Below are positions 14,414 to 22,952 of a stretch of 64,000 nucleotides of DNA, in pieces. Both the position numbers and the translations under genes were made by a program. The notes below the pieces were generated by a model that saw only the letters and a list, made by a program, of their open reading frames with translations, did no database searches and had not been told where the DNA came from. Origin of the DNA: a virus; the IMG/VR virus record IMGVR_UViG_3300034069_000930, positions 1-64,000 of that record, one strand, 5' to 3'. How positions within the stretch are numbered: the first letter of the stretch is position 1; each line of letters begins with the position of its first letter.

Positions 14414-14612
14414 GCGAGAAAAGGCATGGAGTCCCGGCCCCGGTGTCGGTCAGAGCCATATCGAGGATAACATCGACGACGACTCATACATTCAAGGCTA
14501 CTTTAACCTCACCACAGCCGCCGAAGCGTTCCTCGCCAAGATGCGGGAGGCGGAGAAGACAGAGGGTGGCGACCACGCCGGCCCTGTGACGTACTATGAA
14601 AATGTGAAGTGA
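14382..14612 (+). CDS. hypothetical protein, paralogue of 3614-3910
   Basis: 76 aa: MNLGKMLAEAL...AAEAFLAKMREAE...GPVTYYENVK. Confidence 0.6.
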   Translation: MNLGKMLAEALREKAWSPGPGVGQSHIEDNIDDDSYIQGYFNLTTAAEAFLAKMREAEKTEGGDHAGPVTYYENVK

Positions 14613-14617
14613 GGACA

Positions 14618-14875
14618 ATGAATTACAGGGTCACGGTCAAGCCGAAACCTAAGGACGACGACCTCGCGTCAGTGTTCTCCCGTCAGACAGTCGAGCCGCA
14701 GGTTCACGAGCCCGTGACGGTTGGCGAATTAGCTGACCGTCTTGTTGCTGACTATCCCGAGGCGGTGGCCAAAGTGCCTGACGACGTTCGCGACTGCGTC
14801 GTCACATCCGGCCCATCACCGGTGCGGAACGACACTCCGAATGCCGGCAATATGCAATGCTGGACGTGGAGGTGA
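14618..14875 (+). CDS. hypothetical protein
   Basis: 85 aa from MNYRVTV (GTG alternative at 14609). Last gene of the rightward operon. Confidence 0.5.
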   Translation: MNYRVTVKPKPKDDDLASVFSRQTVEPQVHEPVTVGELADRLVADYPEAVAKVPDDVRDCVVTSGPSPVRNDTPNAGNMQCWTWR

Positions 14876-14905
14876 GCCGCCCGTAAGCGGCCCACCCTCG
14901 TGCCG

Positions 14906-15661
14906 TCAGCCCTGGGTCGGAACCGTCACGCCGGCCTCAACCGTCGCATTCGAAGCTTCCGCCACAGCCGCAGGAGCGGGTTCGACCGGCTGGCCCGCGG
15001 AGTTCGCCGCGGTGACGTCGCCCGTCGCATGGTCGAGCGTGGTGACGGTCCCATCCGCGTCGATGTGCGAGGTCGTCGCCGGCATGGTCGGGGTGCCAGA
15101 CGCCTCATCGGTGTGGATGTCCGTCGCGTCGGCCGGGACCACGATCGTCGTGGCACCGGAGGGCGCCGTGGCGACTACGGGCGCGGTCGGGGCATCCGAC
15201 ACGCTGTCCGACCCGGAAACCGTGTCAGCGGTCGCCGCAGGGGCCACGCTGTCGCTGCCGGTCGCGCCGGAAACGGTGTCCGGGGACGACGTCACGGCGT
15301 CGATCTTGTCGATGACGGCCTGAAACGGCGCGGGGTCGAGTTCTGCTTCGAGTTTGGCCTGGAGGTCGGCCAGCTTGGACGCCATCGCGTCGGCGTCGGC
15401 CTTGGCCTTGTCCTCGGCGGCGGAGAGGCGGGCCTTGAGGTCGTCCCGCTCGGCTTCGGCGGCGGTCTCCGCCTTCTTGGCGGCGTCGAGCAAGGCATCG
15501 TGGCCGTCGAGCCGCGCAAGGAGCTTTTCGACGGAGGAGGCGAAGCGTTCTGCGAGGGTCATGATCAGATCCTGATAGGTGGAGTGGGTGGCGGCGTGAT
15601 GCTGTCGGAGCCTGTCGAAGTGTTCTTCGAGGACGATCAGCAATGGGGGTTCGGCGGACAT
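14906..15661 (-). CDS. coiled-coil plus Thr/Ser/Ala-rich protein (fibre-associated?)
   Basis: 251 aa from MSAEPPLLIVLEEHF. GGAGG SD. Last gene of the morphogenesis operon. Confidence 0.55.
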   Translation of the reverse strand: MSAEPPLLIVLEEHFDRLRQHHAATHSTYQDLIMTLAERFASSVEKLLARLDGHDALLDAAKKAETAAEAERDDLKARLSAAEDKAKADADAMASKLADLQAKLEAELDPAPFQAVIDKIDAVTSSPDTVSGATGSDSVAPAATADTVSGSDSVSDAPTAPVVATAPSGATTIVVPADATDIHTDEASGTPTMPATTSHIDADGTVTTLDHATGDVTAANSAGQPVEPAPAAVAEASNATVEAGVTVPTQG

Positions 15662-15727
15662 CGTGGTCCTCCGTGTTTTCACGGCGGTTGCCGGGAATGG
15701 GGTGGCAGCGGGGGCTTGTCGCTCAGC

Positions 15728-15757
15728 CACGAGGGCTCAGCACAGATGTCCCTCGTG
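15728..15757. other. 8-bp perfect hairpin directly after the 804-aa gene stop
   Basis: CACGAGGG-N14-CCCTCGTG. No U-run on the minus strand. Confidence 0.3.
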
Positions 15758-18172
15758 TCAGGCTGTCCGCGTCAGCCGCACGGCGTTGAGGTAACAGTAG
15801 GTCTCGGACCCGCTCTGCGTGACGTTGACGTCGATGGTCCCGCCGCTCGTCGGAGAGATGCTCGTGAACGTCGTCCCGATGCCGGTGTTGTTGCCGACGT
15901 CGAAGGTTTGCGCTGTGCCGCCGTTGACGTTCACGCTTTCGACGCGTGACGTGACCGCGCGCGAGCCGACGACCTCGACCTTCCACTGCGTGCCGGTCGT
16001 CAAGCCCGAAATGGTGAGATCAATGAGCGTGGACGTTCCGAAGCCCGTCGCGTTCGTCTTGTCGGCGTAGACGGACGACTGGAGCACGTCGTCGGGCACG
16101 GCGCCGGAGTTGTTGCCCGTCGTCTTTCCACCAGCGTTGCCAGACGTCATGTTGCCGTTGGCCAGCTTCGCCGTCAGGGGCGTTGAGGCGCCGGTGGCGT
16201 TGATGAGCGCGAGCGTTCCGCCGGTTTTCTGGTCGTAGCTGTTCCAGCCCGCTTCAGTCGCTGCCGCCGACCCAGGGCTACCGGCGCGGGAATCGTAGGG
16301 GTGGATCAGGATCACGTCGCCGACGGCCGGCGCCGAAGGTGCTGCAGCCGACACCGTGACCGACACTGTGCTCGATTTCGGCGTGTTCGAAGCACCCGAG
16401 AGCGTTTCGGTCAACGTGATCGTCGGCGAACCGGCGGCCGAGAAAGTGCCTGACACCGTCGAACCGCTCACGGACACCGAGGTCCCGTCCGACGATGTGG
16501 CCGCGAGCGTGGAGCCCGTCGTGCGGCCGGTGATGGTGGCTGAGAAAGGCGAACCGATCGCGGCGGATGTCGATGTCAGGCCGAGCGCCCCGAGCGTGAC
16601 CGCGGCGCTCTTGATCGCGATGATGCTCGCCGGCGCCGTGCCGTTGAGCAGCACCGAGCGCACGGCAGCCGCGCCCGCCTGGGCCAGCATGGAGTGGCCG
16701 AGGGGTGATGCGTGGATGAACGGCGACCCGCCCGTCTCGGGGCTCATGTAGATGTCACCCGCCGCGAAGGGTGCTTGCATCACCACGAGGGCGTCGGCGT
16801 CGATCAGGAAGTCATAGCCGAGGTCGGCCTGGCCCGAGCGGATCGAGCTGTTGGCGGTCTGCCGGTTGGTCTCGTTCGTGCCGGTGATGTCCGAGCGCTG
16901 CTTGATCGTGACGACGCCGATGCGGTTGAGCCCGGCCGAGCGGCGCGCCGCCACCCAGGTCTTGATGCGGCCGTAGATCGTGGGCCCGTCGGCGCCGTTG
17001 ACCGCGTCGTTCGAGCCCGCGTCGATCACGGCGATGTTGTTGCAGCCCGCCAGCACGAGCGTGTCCACCTCGTTCGCCGCGGCCGAGTTGCAGTCGGTAA
17101 GTTGCCGGCCCGAGATCGCGGTGTTGTAGAGGTCGACCGGGCGATCAAGCAGGCCGACCAGCAGGTTGACGTAGCCCTGCATCTGGCTCGTCGTGCCGAG
17201 AGAAAGCGTGCCCTGCCCCATGGGCGTCGAGGACCCCGCCCACACGAGGCGGTTGATCTTCTTCGCCGTGCCGAAAGCAGCCTGGTAGGCGTTTGCGATC
17301 AGCGACAGCTCGGCATCGGTCAGGCTCGTGGGCCATAGCGAGCGCACCTTGTAGTCGAGCGCCGCATAGTAGTCCGACACCGTGGTCACGCCGAAGCCGC
17401 CGCCGGTGAGCGTCTGGCTGTCGACGGTGCCGGCCGCGGTCGAGGACGCGTCCTCGAGGTAGGATACGGCGCCGCCCGCCTTCGATACAGAGGCGACGAC
17501 CTGATGGTTGGCGCGCGGGGCGAAGGCGTAGGCCGCGGCCTTGCCGGCGTAGGACCCCGACACCGTGGTGCCGAGCGTCACGCCACCGCCACCGCCGTCC
17601 GAGGTGTAGAAGGTCGAGCGCGCGGAGCCCGAGGAGGCGCCGAGCACGGTCAGCATCTGTCGGTAGGTGGTGGTGAACGGCTTGAGCACCGCGAAGTCGG
17701 CGACCGCCTGCGCGTTGATGCTCAGCGTGGACGGGAACGCCATCGCGGCCTGGGCAGAGCCGGCGGCCTGGTTGGTGAGCTTCTGCGAGTTGATCGAGAT
17801 CGAGGGCGTGTCGGCGTAGGCGGGCCCGTAGGTGTCGCGGTCGGAGATCAGGAAGCAGCGGCCCATGAAGGTCGCGTGCTGGCCGTTGCCGCTCTTGTCG
17901 TAGTCCGTAACCATGAGCAGCACACCCGGCGTCAGCGCGACGCCGCCCGCGAAGGAGCGGGCCGCGGCGATGTCGAGGCCGTTGCCCCAGAAGCCGATGT
18001 CGGCCTGGGCGCCGTCCGAAACACGCTGCACGCGCACGCAGGGGCCGCCGTAGCCGGCGACCTGGCGCGTGACCCCGTAGACCGCGAGGGGCGCGGCCGA
18101 CAGGGCGGGCAGGTTGGGATAGGCCACAGCCGAAGCCGTGGTCTGGAGGAATGGACGGCGGAAAGGCAGCAT
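15758..18172 (-). CDS. tail fibre/receptor-binding protein with SGNH (GDSL-like) hydrolase domain
   Basis: 804 aa. SGNH-like blocks VWAGSSTPMGQG, AISGRQL, IDAGSNDAVNG and IHASPLGHSML. Ser/Thr-rich Ig-like and beta-sandwich-like C-terminal regions. Confidence 0.7.
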   Translation of the reverse strand: MLPFRRPFLQTTASAVAYPNLPALSAAPLAVYGVTRQVAGYGGPCVRVQRVSDGAQADIGFWGNGLDIAAARSFAGGVALTPGVLLMVTDYDKSGNGQHATFMGRCFLISDRDTYGPAYADTPSISINSQKLTNQAAGSAQAAMAFPSTLSINAQAVADFAVLKPFTTTYRQMLTVLGASSGSARSTFYTSDGGGGGVTLGTTVSGSYAGKAAAYAFAPRANHQVVASVSKAGGAVSYLEDASSTAAGTVDSQTLTGGGFGVTTVSDYYAALDYKVRSLWPTSLTDAELSLIANAYQAAFGTAKKINRLVWAGSSTPMGQGTLSLGTTSQMQGYVNLLVGLLDRPVDLYNTAISGRQLTDCNSAAANEVDTLVLAGCNNIAVIDAGSNDAVNGADGPTIYGRIKTWVAARRSAGLNRIGVVTIKQRSDITGTNETNRQTANSSIRSGQADLGYDFLIDADALVVMQAPFAAGDIYMSPETGGSPFIHASPLGHSMLAQAGAAAVRSVLLNGTAPASIIAIKSAAVTLGALGLTSTSAAIGSPFSATITGRTTGSTLAATSSDGTSVSVSGSTVSGTFSAAGSPTITLTETLSGASNTPKSSTVSVTVSAAAPSAPAVGDVILIHPYDSRAGSPGSAAATEAGWNSYDQKTGGTLALINATGASTPLTAKLANGNMTSGNAGGKTTGNNSGAVPDDVLQSSVYADKTNATGFGTSTLIDLTISGLTTGTQWKVEVVGSRAVTSRVESVNVNGGTAQTFDVGNNTGIGTTFTSISPTSGGTIDVNVTQSGSETYCYLNAVRLTRTA

Positions 18173-18177
18173 GACGC

Positions 18178-19269
18178 TCAGTCCCGATCGGCCTCAAGGG
18201 CGATCGTGAACATCTCGCCCGAGACGGGCGTATAGGCGGCCGTAGCTTCGATCAGGGCGTAGAGGGAGGTCGAGCCCGCCGCCGCGTCGAAGGTGATGGC
18301 ACCACCGACCTCGGGCGTGCCGATGCCCTTCGCCCCGTCGGTGAAGGTCCGGGTCATCGTGACCGGGAAGGCGCCGATATAGTCGAGCGCCCCTGACGGC
18401 ACGAAAGCCGCAGCGTCGGACGGAAGGGTTGAAGGCGCCGCCTTGAACAGGTGGACGCGGAAGTAGGCGTTCGTCAGCGAGGTGCCGGACTTCGACAAGC
18501 GCAGTCGGGACAGGCGACCGGTGCCGGCGGTCTTGCGGGCCACGGTGAGCGCGATCGGCGCTGCCGGGGAGGCCTGCACGGCCGTGTTCGCCCCGTAGGC
18601 CGTGGTATTGGCCTGGCGCGTGAGGGAGCCGATCGCGACCACGGAGGAGCCGCCGACTTCGCCGAGGTGATTCTCTCCCGCGGCCGGGGCCGTCGCGAGG
18701 GTGCTGGCCAAGAGCGCACGGATCGCCTCCGACTTCGCGTCCGTCGCGGCACCGGCAGGCAGCGGCAGGCTTGCCGCCGAGATCGCCAGTGTCGTCTTGA
18801 GCTGCGTCAGGATGGCGCCGAGGTCGACGTGGTTCCCGCCGACGTCGCCGTGCAGCGTATCGAGCTTGGCGCCTAGCGCCGACACCGTGGCGTCGAGCGC
18901 CGCGCCGTTCAGCGTGCCGAGGTTCGCCGTGATTGTGCCTTGAACCGTGAGGGCGGCGGCAAGCAGGGCCCGAACGGCTTCCATTTTCGTCGTTACGGCT
19001 TGAAGGTCCGCGTCGGTGGCGAGCGTCGAAAGCGTAGTGAGGATGTTGGCGAGCGCCGAGTTGCCCGTGCTCTGCAGCGCAGCCGTGGCGGCACCCACAG
19101 GAAGATTGATCGTCAGGGCTGCGGCCAAAAGGGCGCGAACGGATTCGGTCTTGTTGACGACCGCCAAGAGATCGGCGTCGGTGGCGAGCGGCGCCAGGGC
19201 CGCGATGACTTGGTCGAGGGTGGCGATCTGGACGAAGGCGCCGTTGCCGTCCTTGACGGTGATGGACAT
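18178..19269 (-). CDS. fibre-like structural protein with internal repeats
   Basis: 363 aa. LATDADLLAVVNKTESVRALLAAALT and LATDADLQAVTTKMEAVRALLAAALT tandem repeats, plus a third degenerate copy. Confidence 0.6.
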   Translation of the reverse strand: MSITVKDGNGAFVQIATLDQVIAALAPLATDADLLAVVNKTESVRALLAAALTINLPVGAATAALQSTGNSALANILTTLSTLATDADLQAVTTKMEAVRALLAAALTVQGTITANLGTLNGAALDATVSALGAKLDTLHGDVGGNHVDLGAILTQLKTTLAISAASLPLPAGAATDAKSEAIRALLASTLATAPAAGENHLGEVGGSSVVAIGSLTRQANTTAYGANTAVQASPAAPIALTVARKTAGTGRLSRLRLSKSGTSLTNAYFRVHLFKAAPSTLPSDAAAFVPSGALDYIGAFPVTMTRTFTDGAKGIGTPEVGGAITFDAAAGSTSLYALIEATAAYTPVSGEMFTIALEADRD

Positions 19270-19272
19270 GCG

Positions 19273-19788
19273 TCAGGCTCCGAGCGCGGCCAGGAGGCCG
19301 CTGTTGGTGGAGGATGAGAAGTCGAGGACACCAGCGGCGCCTGCAGGCGGCGGAACCGGTGTGATCGGGTTCGCCGCGATGTAGGCCGCGACGGCCACCG
19401 CGATCTGCGCATCGGTCGCGGCTGCGCCTGGAGCGCCTTGCGGTCCGGCACCCGTCACAACGGCGCTCGCCGGCCCCACGGGCCCGTCCACCCCGAAGAT
19501 GCGGCCTTGCGCGTAGTACCGGACCTCGCCGCCCGGCACGACGCGGCGCAGCGTGTAGAAGCTTGTCGGCGGCAGAAGCGCGCTCTGCGCCGTCGTCACG
19601 AGCCACGTCACGCTGCGGGTCGTCACGTCGAAGACGAGGTCCCCGCCATCCGACGTCAGCGTCAGCAGCGATCCGCCCGGCATGGTGATGACGACCACGA
19701 TGTCCGATCCGGTCGGGTCGAACGGCAGCGTCCACATGGGGGATGGGGCGTTGTCGCCGCGGCCGATGGAAAGGTCGAGCGCCATCAA
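19273..19788 (-). CDS. hypothetical tail-module protein
   Basis: 171 aa. Contains GAGPQGAPGAA. ATGA overlap with the upstream gene. Confidence 0.55.
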   Translation of the reverse strand: MMALDLSIGRGDNAPSPMWTLPFDPTGSDIVVVITMPGGSLLTLTSDGGDLVFDVTTRSVTWLVTTAQSALLPPTSFYTLRRVVPGGEVRYYAQGRIFGVDGPVGPASAVVTGAGPQGAPGAAATDAQIAVAVAAYIAANPITPVPPPAGAAGVLDFSSSTNSGLLAALGA

Positions 19789-20270
19789 CGGACACCGATG
19801 AGCGTGAAGGGGACCGTCATCGTGCCCGACAGCGCTGACAGCACGGCGACTTGGACGATGAGCGAACCGTCCTTGGTCAAGTCAGGATAGGTCGAGCGAA
19901 CATCGACCCCGGATGGCAGCGCCGTTCCGAAAGCGGTCATCGGCGCGTCGGTGCGGAGGAGCCCCGCGACGGCGACGGACATCGTCGTCGTGCCGACCGC
20001 CAGCGTGGCGCCGAGCGATATCGACCCGGCCAAGCGATACGGCGTGAGGGTCGTCGTCGTCGGTGCCGTGTAGGAGGTGATCGACGCCAGGGTGGTGATG
20101 GCGGATTGCTGCTGAGCCGTCGTGGCGTTGTCGGCGAAGTCCAGGCGCCAATACGCTCCGTTGCCGTCTGGGTAGGGGCCGATTGACGTATCCGTGTAGG
20201 GCCCCGCGGCACCCTTCATCGGGCACACGGGCTGGAGGCTGGCAGTGACACCGTATGCGTCGAGCGCCAT
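19785..20270 (-). CDS. hypothetical tail-module protein
   Basis: 161 aa (MALDAYGVTASL...). The start now abuts the IS left end and no SD is visible. Confidence 0.55.
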   Translation of the reverse strand: MALDAYGVTASLQPVCPMKGAAGPYTDTSIGPYPDGNGAYWRLDFADNATTAQQQSAITTLASITSYTAPTTTTLTPYRLAGSISLGATLAVGTTTMSVAVAGLLRTDAPMTAFGTALPSGVDVRSTYPDLTKDGSLIVQVAVLSALSGTMTVPFTLIGVR

Positions 20271-20289
20271 CAGACTTGCGCACTGGGGA

Positions 20290-20309
20290 CTGTCGGCGGA
20301 AGCCGACAG
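20290..20309 (+). other. IS left-end hairpin
   Basis: CTGTCGGC-GGAA-GCCGACAG, a perfect 8-bp stem. The imperfect right-end counterpart is CCTGC-GGAA-GCGGA at 21912-21925. Confidence 0.6.
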
Positions 20310-20365
20310 GGGAAAGCGCGCCCTCTCTCTTGAGTGATAGATAGCAGTATGCTATCTAATGTCGT

Positions 20366-20773
20366 ATGACGGAATCGAGCGCACGATACGCGAGGAATGC
20401 TGGGGCTGTCTTCAGCCTCAAGTTCCACGTCGTCTGGTGCCCGAAATACCGCCGGAAGGTGTTGGTTCCGCCAATCGACGCGCGACTGAAGGAGATCATC
20501 AGTGAAATCGCCGAGCAGCGCGAGATGACAGTTCACGCGCTCGAAGTGATGCCTGACCATGTTCACCTGTTCATTGAGGCCGATCCGCGATGGGCCCCGG
20601 CCGACATCGTCGGCCGGTTCAAGGCGGTTTCGTCCAAGCTGTTGCGTGAAGAGTTCCCCGCGCTGCGCTCGCGACTGCCGACGCTGTGGTCGAGATCCTA
20701 TTTCTGCGCCACAGTCGGAGCAGTCCCGGAAATCACGATCCGCCGATACGTTGAAGCACAGAAGGGTATCTGA
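20366..20773 (+). CDS. tnpA: IS200/IS605 Y1 (HUH) transposase TnpA
   Basis: 135 aa. FHVVWCPKYRRKVL, HUH motif PDHVHLFIE, C-terminal RRYVEAQ (catalytic Tyr region). Confidence 0.9.
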   Translation: MTESSARYARNAGAVFSLKFHVVWCPKYRRKVLVPPIDARLKEIISEIAEQREMTVHALEVMPDHVHLFIEADPRWAPADIVGRFKAVSSKLLREEFPALRSRLPTLWSRSYFCATVGAVPEITIRRYVEAQKGI

Positions 20774-20776
20774 CCC

Positions 20777-21895
20777 GTGGGGCTGCGCTCTCTCAAGTTC
20801 CGCATCCGCCCGAACCAAGCGCAATCCATCGCGCTCGACGCCATGCTGCGGGACATGTGCGGGTTGTACAATGCCTGTCTTCAGCAGCGGATTGAAGCCT
20901 ATCGGCGCAATGGCTTAACCCTGCGCTACGGCCAGCAAGCGTCTGAATTGAAAGCGGTCCGCCTCGCTGAGCCTGACTTGGCACGCTGGTCTTTCACGGC
21001 CCTGCAACAGGTTCTGCGCCGTGTCGACCAGACGTACGCCGCCTTCTTCAAACGTGGTCACGGCTTCCCTCGTTTTCGGGCATCGGTTCGCTATCACGCA
21101 GCGACGTTCCGGGTCGGCGACGGGCTTACGCTGAAGCAGGATCGCATCGGGATCGTCGGCGTTCATGGCGGTATAAAAGTCGTGTGGCACCGACCCCTGC
21201 CCGAAGTCGCGAAGCTCGGAACCGCTATCGTCACGCGGCAGAACGGTAAGTGGTACGCCGTATTCTCGGTTGAGGCCGATTTTACAACCTCGTGCGGCAC
21301 AGGTAAGGTTGGCATTGACCTCGGTTTGAACAGCTTGATCGCCACAAGTGATGGCGAGACTATCGAAGCCCCGCGCTTCGCTCGCGCCGCTCAGAAAGCG
21401 CAGCGCCGTCGGCAGAGAGCGCTGGCGCGATGCAAGCGCGGGTCAAAGCGACGAACCAAGGTCAAGGCTCGCTTGGCAATGGGTAGCGCTAAAATCGCCC
21501 AGCAACGGGCCGACCACGCGCACAAGCTGTCGCGCACGCTGGTCGACCGCTATGGCGCCATCGCTTTCGAAAACCTCAACTTGAACGGGCTTAAGCGTGG
21601 GATGCTCGCCCGTTCCGTTCACGACGCCGCATGGGCTCAGTTGATCACCTTCACGACGTACAAGGCTGCGAGCGCCGGTGCGAACGTGATCCTGGTCGAC
21701 CCACGCGGCACCTCCCAAACCTGCCCCGAGTGCGGGTTGATCAAACCGAAGAAACTCTCGGAACGGACGCATCGCTGCGAGTGCGGTTGCGTGATGGATC
21801 GAGATGTTGCTGCGGCTCGAATTGTCCACATTAGGGCTTTTGAACACAGGCCGGGACACGGCCTTCGGTCGCCAAGCCAGCGGAATGCCGCATAA
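20777..21895 (+). CDS. tnpB: TnpB (IS605 OrfB, RuvC-like RNA-guided nuclease)
   Basis: 372 aa. GIDLGLN (RuvC-I Asp), IAFENLN (Glu), CPECG...CECGC zinc ribbon, MDRDVAAA (RuvC-III Asp). Confidence 0.9.
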   Translation: MGLRSLKFRIRPNQAQSIALDAMLRDMCGLYNACLQQRIEAYRRNGLTLRYGQQASELKAVRLAEPDLARWSFTALQQVLRRVDQTYAAFFKRGHGFPRFRASVRYHAATFRVGDGLTLKQDRIGIVGVHGGIKVVWHRPLPEVAKLGTAIVTRQNGKWYAVFSVEADFTTSCGTGKVGIDLGLNSLIATSDGETIEAPRFARAAQKAQRRRQRALARCKRGSKRRTKVKARLAMGSAKIAQQRADHAHKLSRTLVDRYGAIAFENLNLNGLKRGMLARSVHDAAWAQLITFTTYKAASAGANVILVDPRGTSQTCPECGLIKPKKLSERTHRCECGCVMDRDVAAARIVHIRAFEHRPGHGLRSPSQRNAA

Positions 21896-21945
21896 CTTGA
21901 CCGAGAAGCCGCCTGCGGAAGCGGATGGAGTTGTCACGGCCTCAG
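21790..21945 (+). ncRNA. expected omega/reRNA scaffold of TnpB (position inferred, extent approximate)
   Basis: By analogy with characterised TnpB elements, the guide RNA scaffold overlaps the tnpB 3' end and runs to the IS right end. Not demonstrated here. Confidence 0.3.
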
Positions 21946-22949
21946 TACCTCAACGTTGCCGTCAGGCTCATCCAGGAGCCGCCGTAGTAGGTGCAGGCGT
22001 TGGTGCCGTCGCCTTGCTGCAGGGCGGCGAGATAGCCGACTCCGAGGCCGGGCAGGCCGTTGTAGGTTGCCGTGATCGACGTCGAGACGCTGGCCGCCCC
22101 GGTCAGGATGGCGGGAGTGTTCTGCGCCGCGAAAGCCGTCGTGGAATTGAGCCCGATGCCGAGGGTGGCCGCAGCGCTGGCAGACGACGTCATGGTGACG
22201 CGGGTCTTGAGACGCGCATCGACGCCGTCGGCGTTCAAGCCGCGCACGAAATAGATCGCGTTCGAGGCGGAGGCGTCGAAGGCACGGATCGTGGACGACG
22301 AATAGGTATGGGTCGCCGTCGTGTCCTGCAGGAAGACGCTGACCGAAACTTGGTTGTAGGCGTTCCACAGGTTGACAGAAGCCAAGCCGCCGCCCGCCGC
22401 TGACGATGTCGGGTCGAAGGTGACGGTTGCACCGGAACTGTCTGTGGCGATCGTGCCGAGAAAGATGCCGAAGCCCGCCGCGGGACCGTTGGTGATCGCG
22501 TATTGGTTGACGAGGAACCCGTTGACCCGGATGAGCGCCGTCGATCCAGCCCCGGCGCCGCGGAGCACGTTGGACCCCGCCGTCGCACCTGCTGCCCAGG
22601 TCGGCCCCCGAGTGACACGGAACGTCGCGCCGTCCACCCAACCGAAAAGGTCGTAGACCTGAGACGCCGCCGCGGCGGCCGGACTCTTCGTGGCGTCGGT
22701 CAGCGTTTGACTGACCTCGGCGAAGCGAGTCGGAAGGAACTTCGTCCCGTCCCAGGTGGGGCACAGATCCCCGGCGTTCGGCGTGTAGTAGACCGTCCCG
22801 CCAGACTGCACTGTCGCCGTCATGGACGGTAAGCCGGACACGAGCGTGATGCGCCCCTGCGGTGGAGGAACCCATCCCGTGAAGAGCGTGTCCGTGCTGG
22901 CAAGCTCCGTGTCGTTCGGAGCGAGAACGCGAGGCTTGCGGACGGCCAT
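21942..22949 (-). CDS. tail-fibre-module structural protein
   Basis: 335 aa, Gly/Ala/Thr-rich beta-type sequence. The stop TGA lies inside the terminal TCAG of the IS. Confidence 0.6.
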   Translation of the reverse strand: MAVRKPRVLAPNDTELASTDTLFTGWVPPPQGRITLVSGLPSMTATVQSGGTVYYTPNAGDLCPTWDGTKFLPTRFAEVSQTLTDATKSPAAAAASQVYDLFGWVDGATFRVTRGPTWAAGATAGSNVLRGAGAGSTALIRVNGFLVNQYAITNGPAAGFGIFLGTIATDSSGATVTFDPTSSAAGGGLASVNLWNAYNQVSVSVFLQDTTATHTYSSSTIRAFDASASNAIYFVRGLNADGVDARLKTRVTMTSSASAAATLGIGLNSTTAFAAQNTPAILTGAASVSTSITATYNGLPGLGVGYLAALQQGDGTNACTYYGGSWMSLTATLRY

Positions 22950-22952
22950 GGG

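Larger units (their letters stand above)
20274..21945 (+). mobile_element. IS200/IS605-family insertion sequence (tnpA + tnpB)
   Basis: TCAG lies at the left flank (20270-20273) and as the last 4 nt (21942-21945). Subterminal hairpins share a GGAA loop. The boundaries are ambiguous by this 4-nt repeat. Confidence 0.8.

Noticed and set aside
14875-14906. A bidirectional terminator between the convergent operon ends (GCCGC-CCGTAA-GCGGC).
   Set aside because: The stem is only 5 bp and there is no flanking T/A runs on either strand. Too weak to call.
20339-20357. A second hairpin in the IS left end (AGATAGCA-GTA-TGCTATCT) as a separate regulatory element.
   Set aside because: It lies 9 nt before the tnpA ATG inside the IS. 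It may be a tnpA translational or promoter structure, but I have no basis to separate it from ordinary IS200/IS605 left-end architecture.
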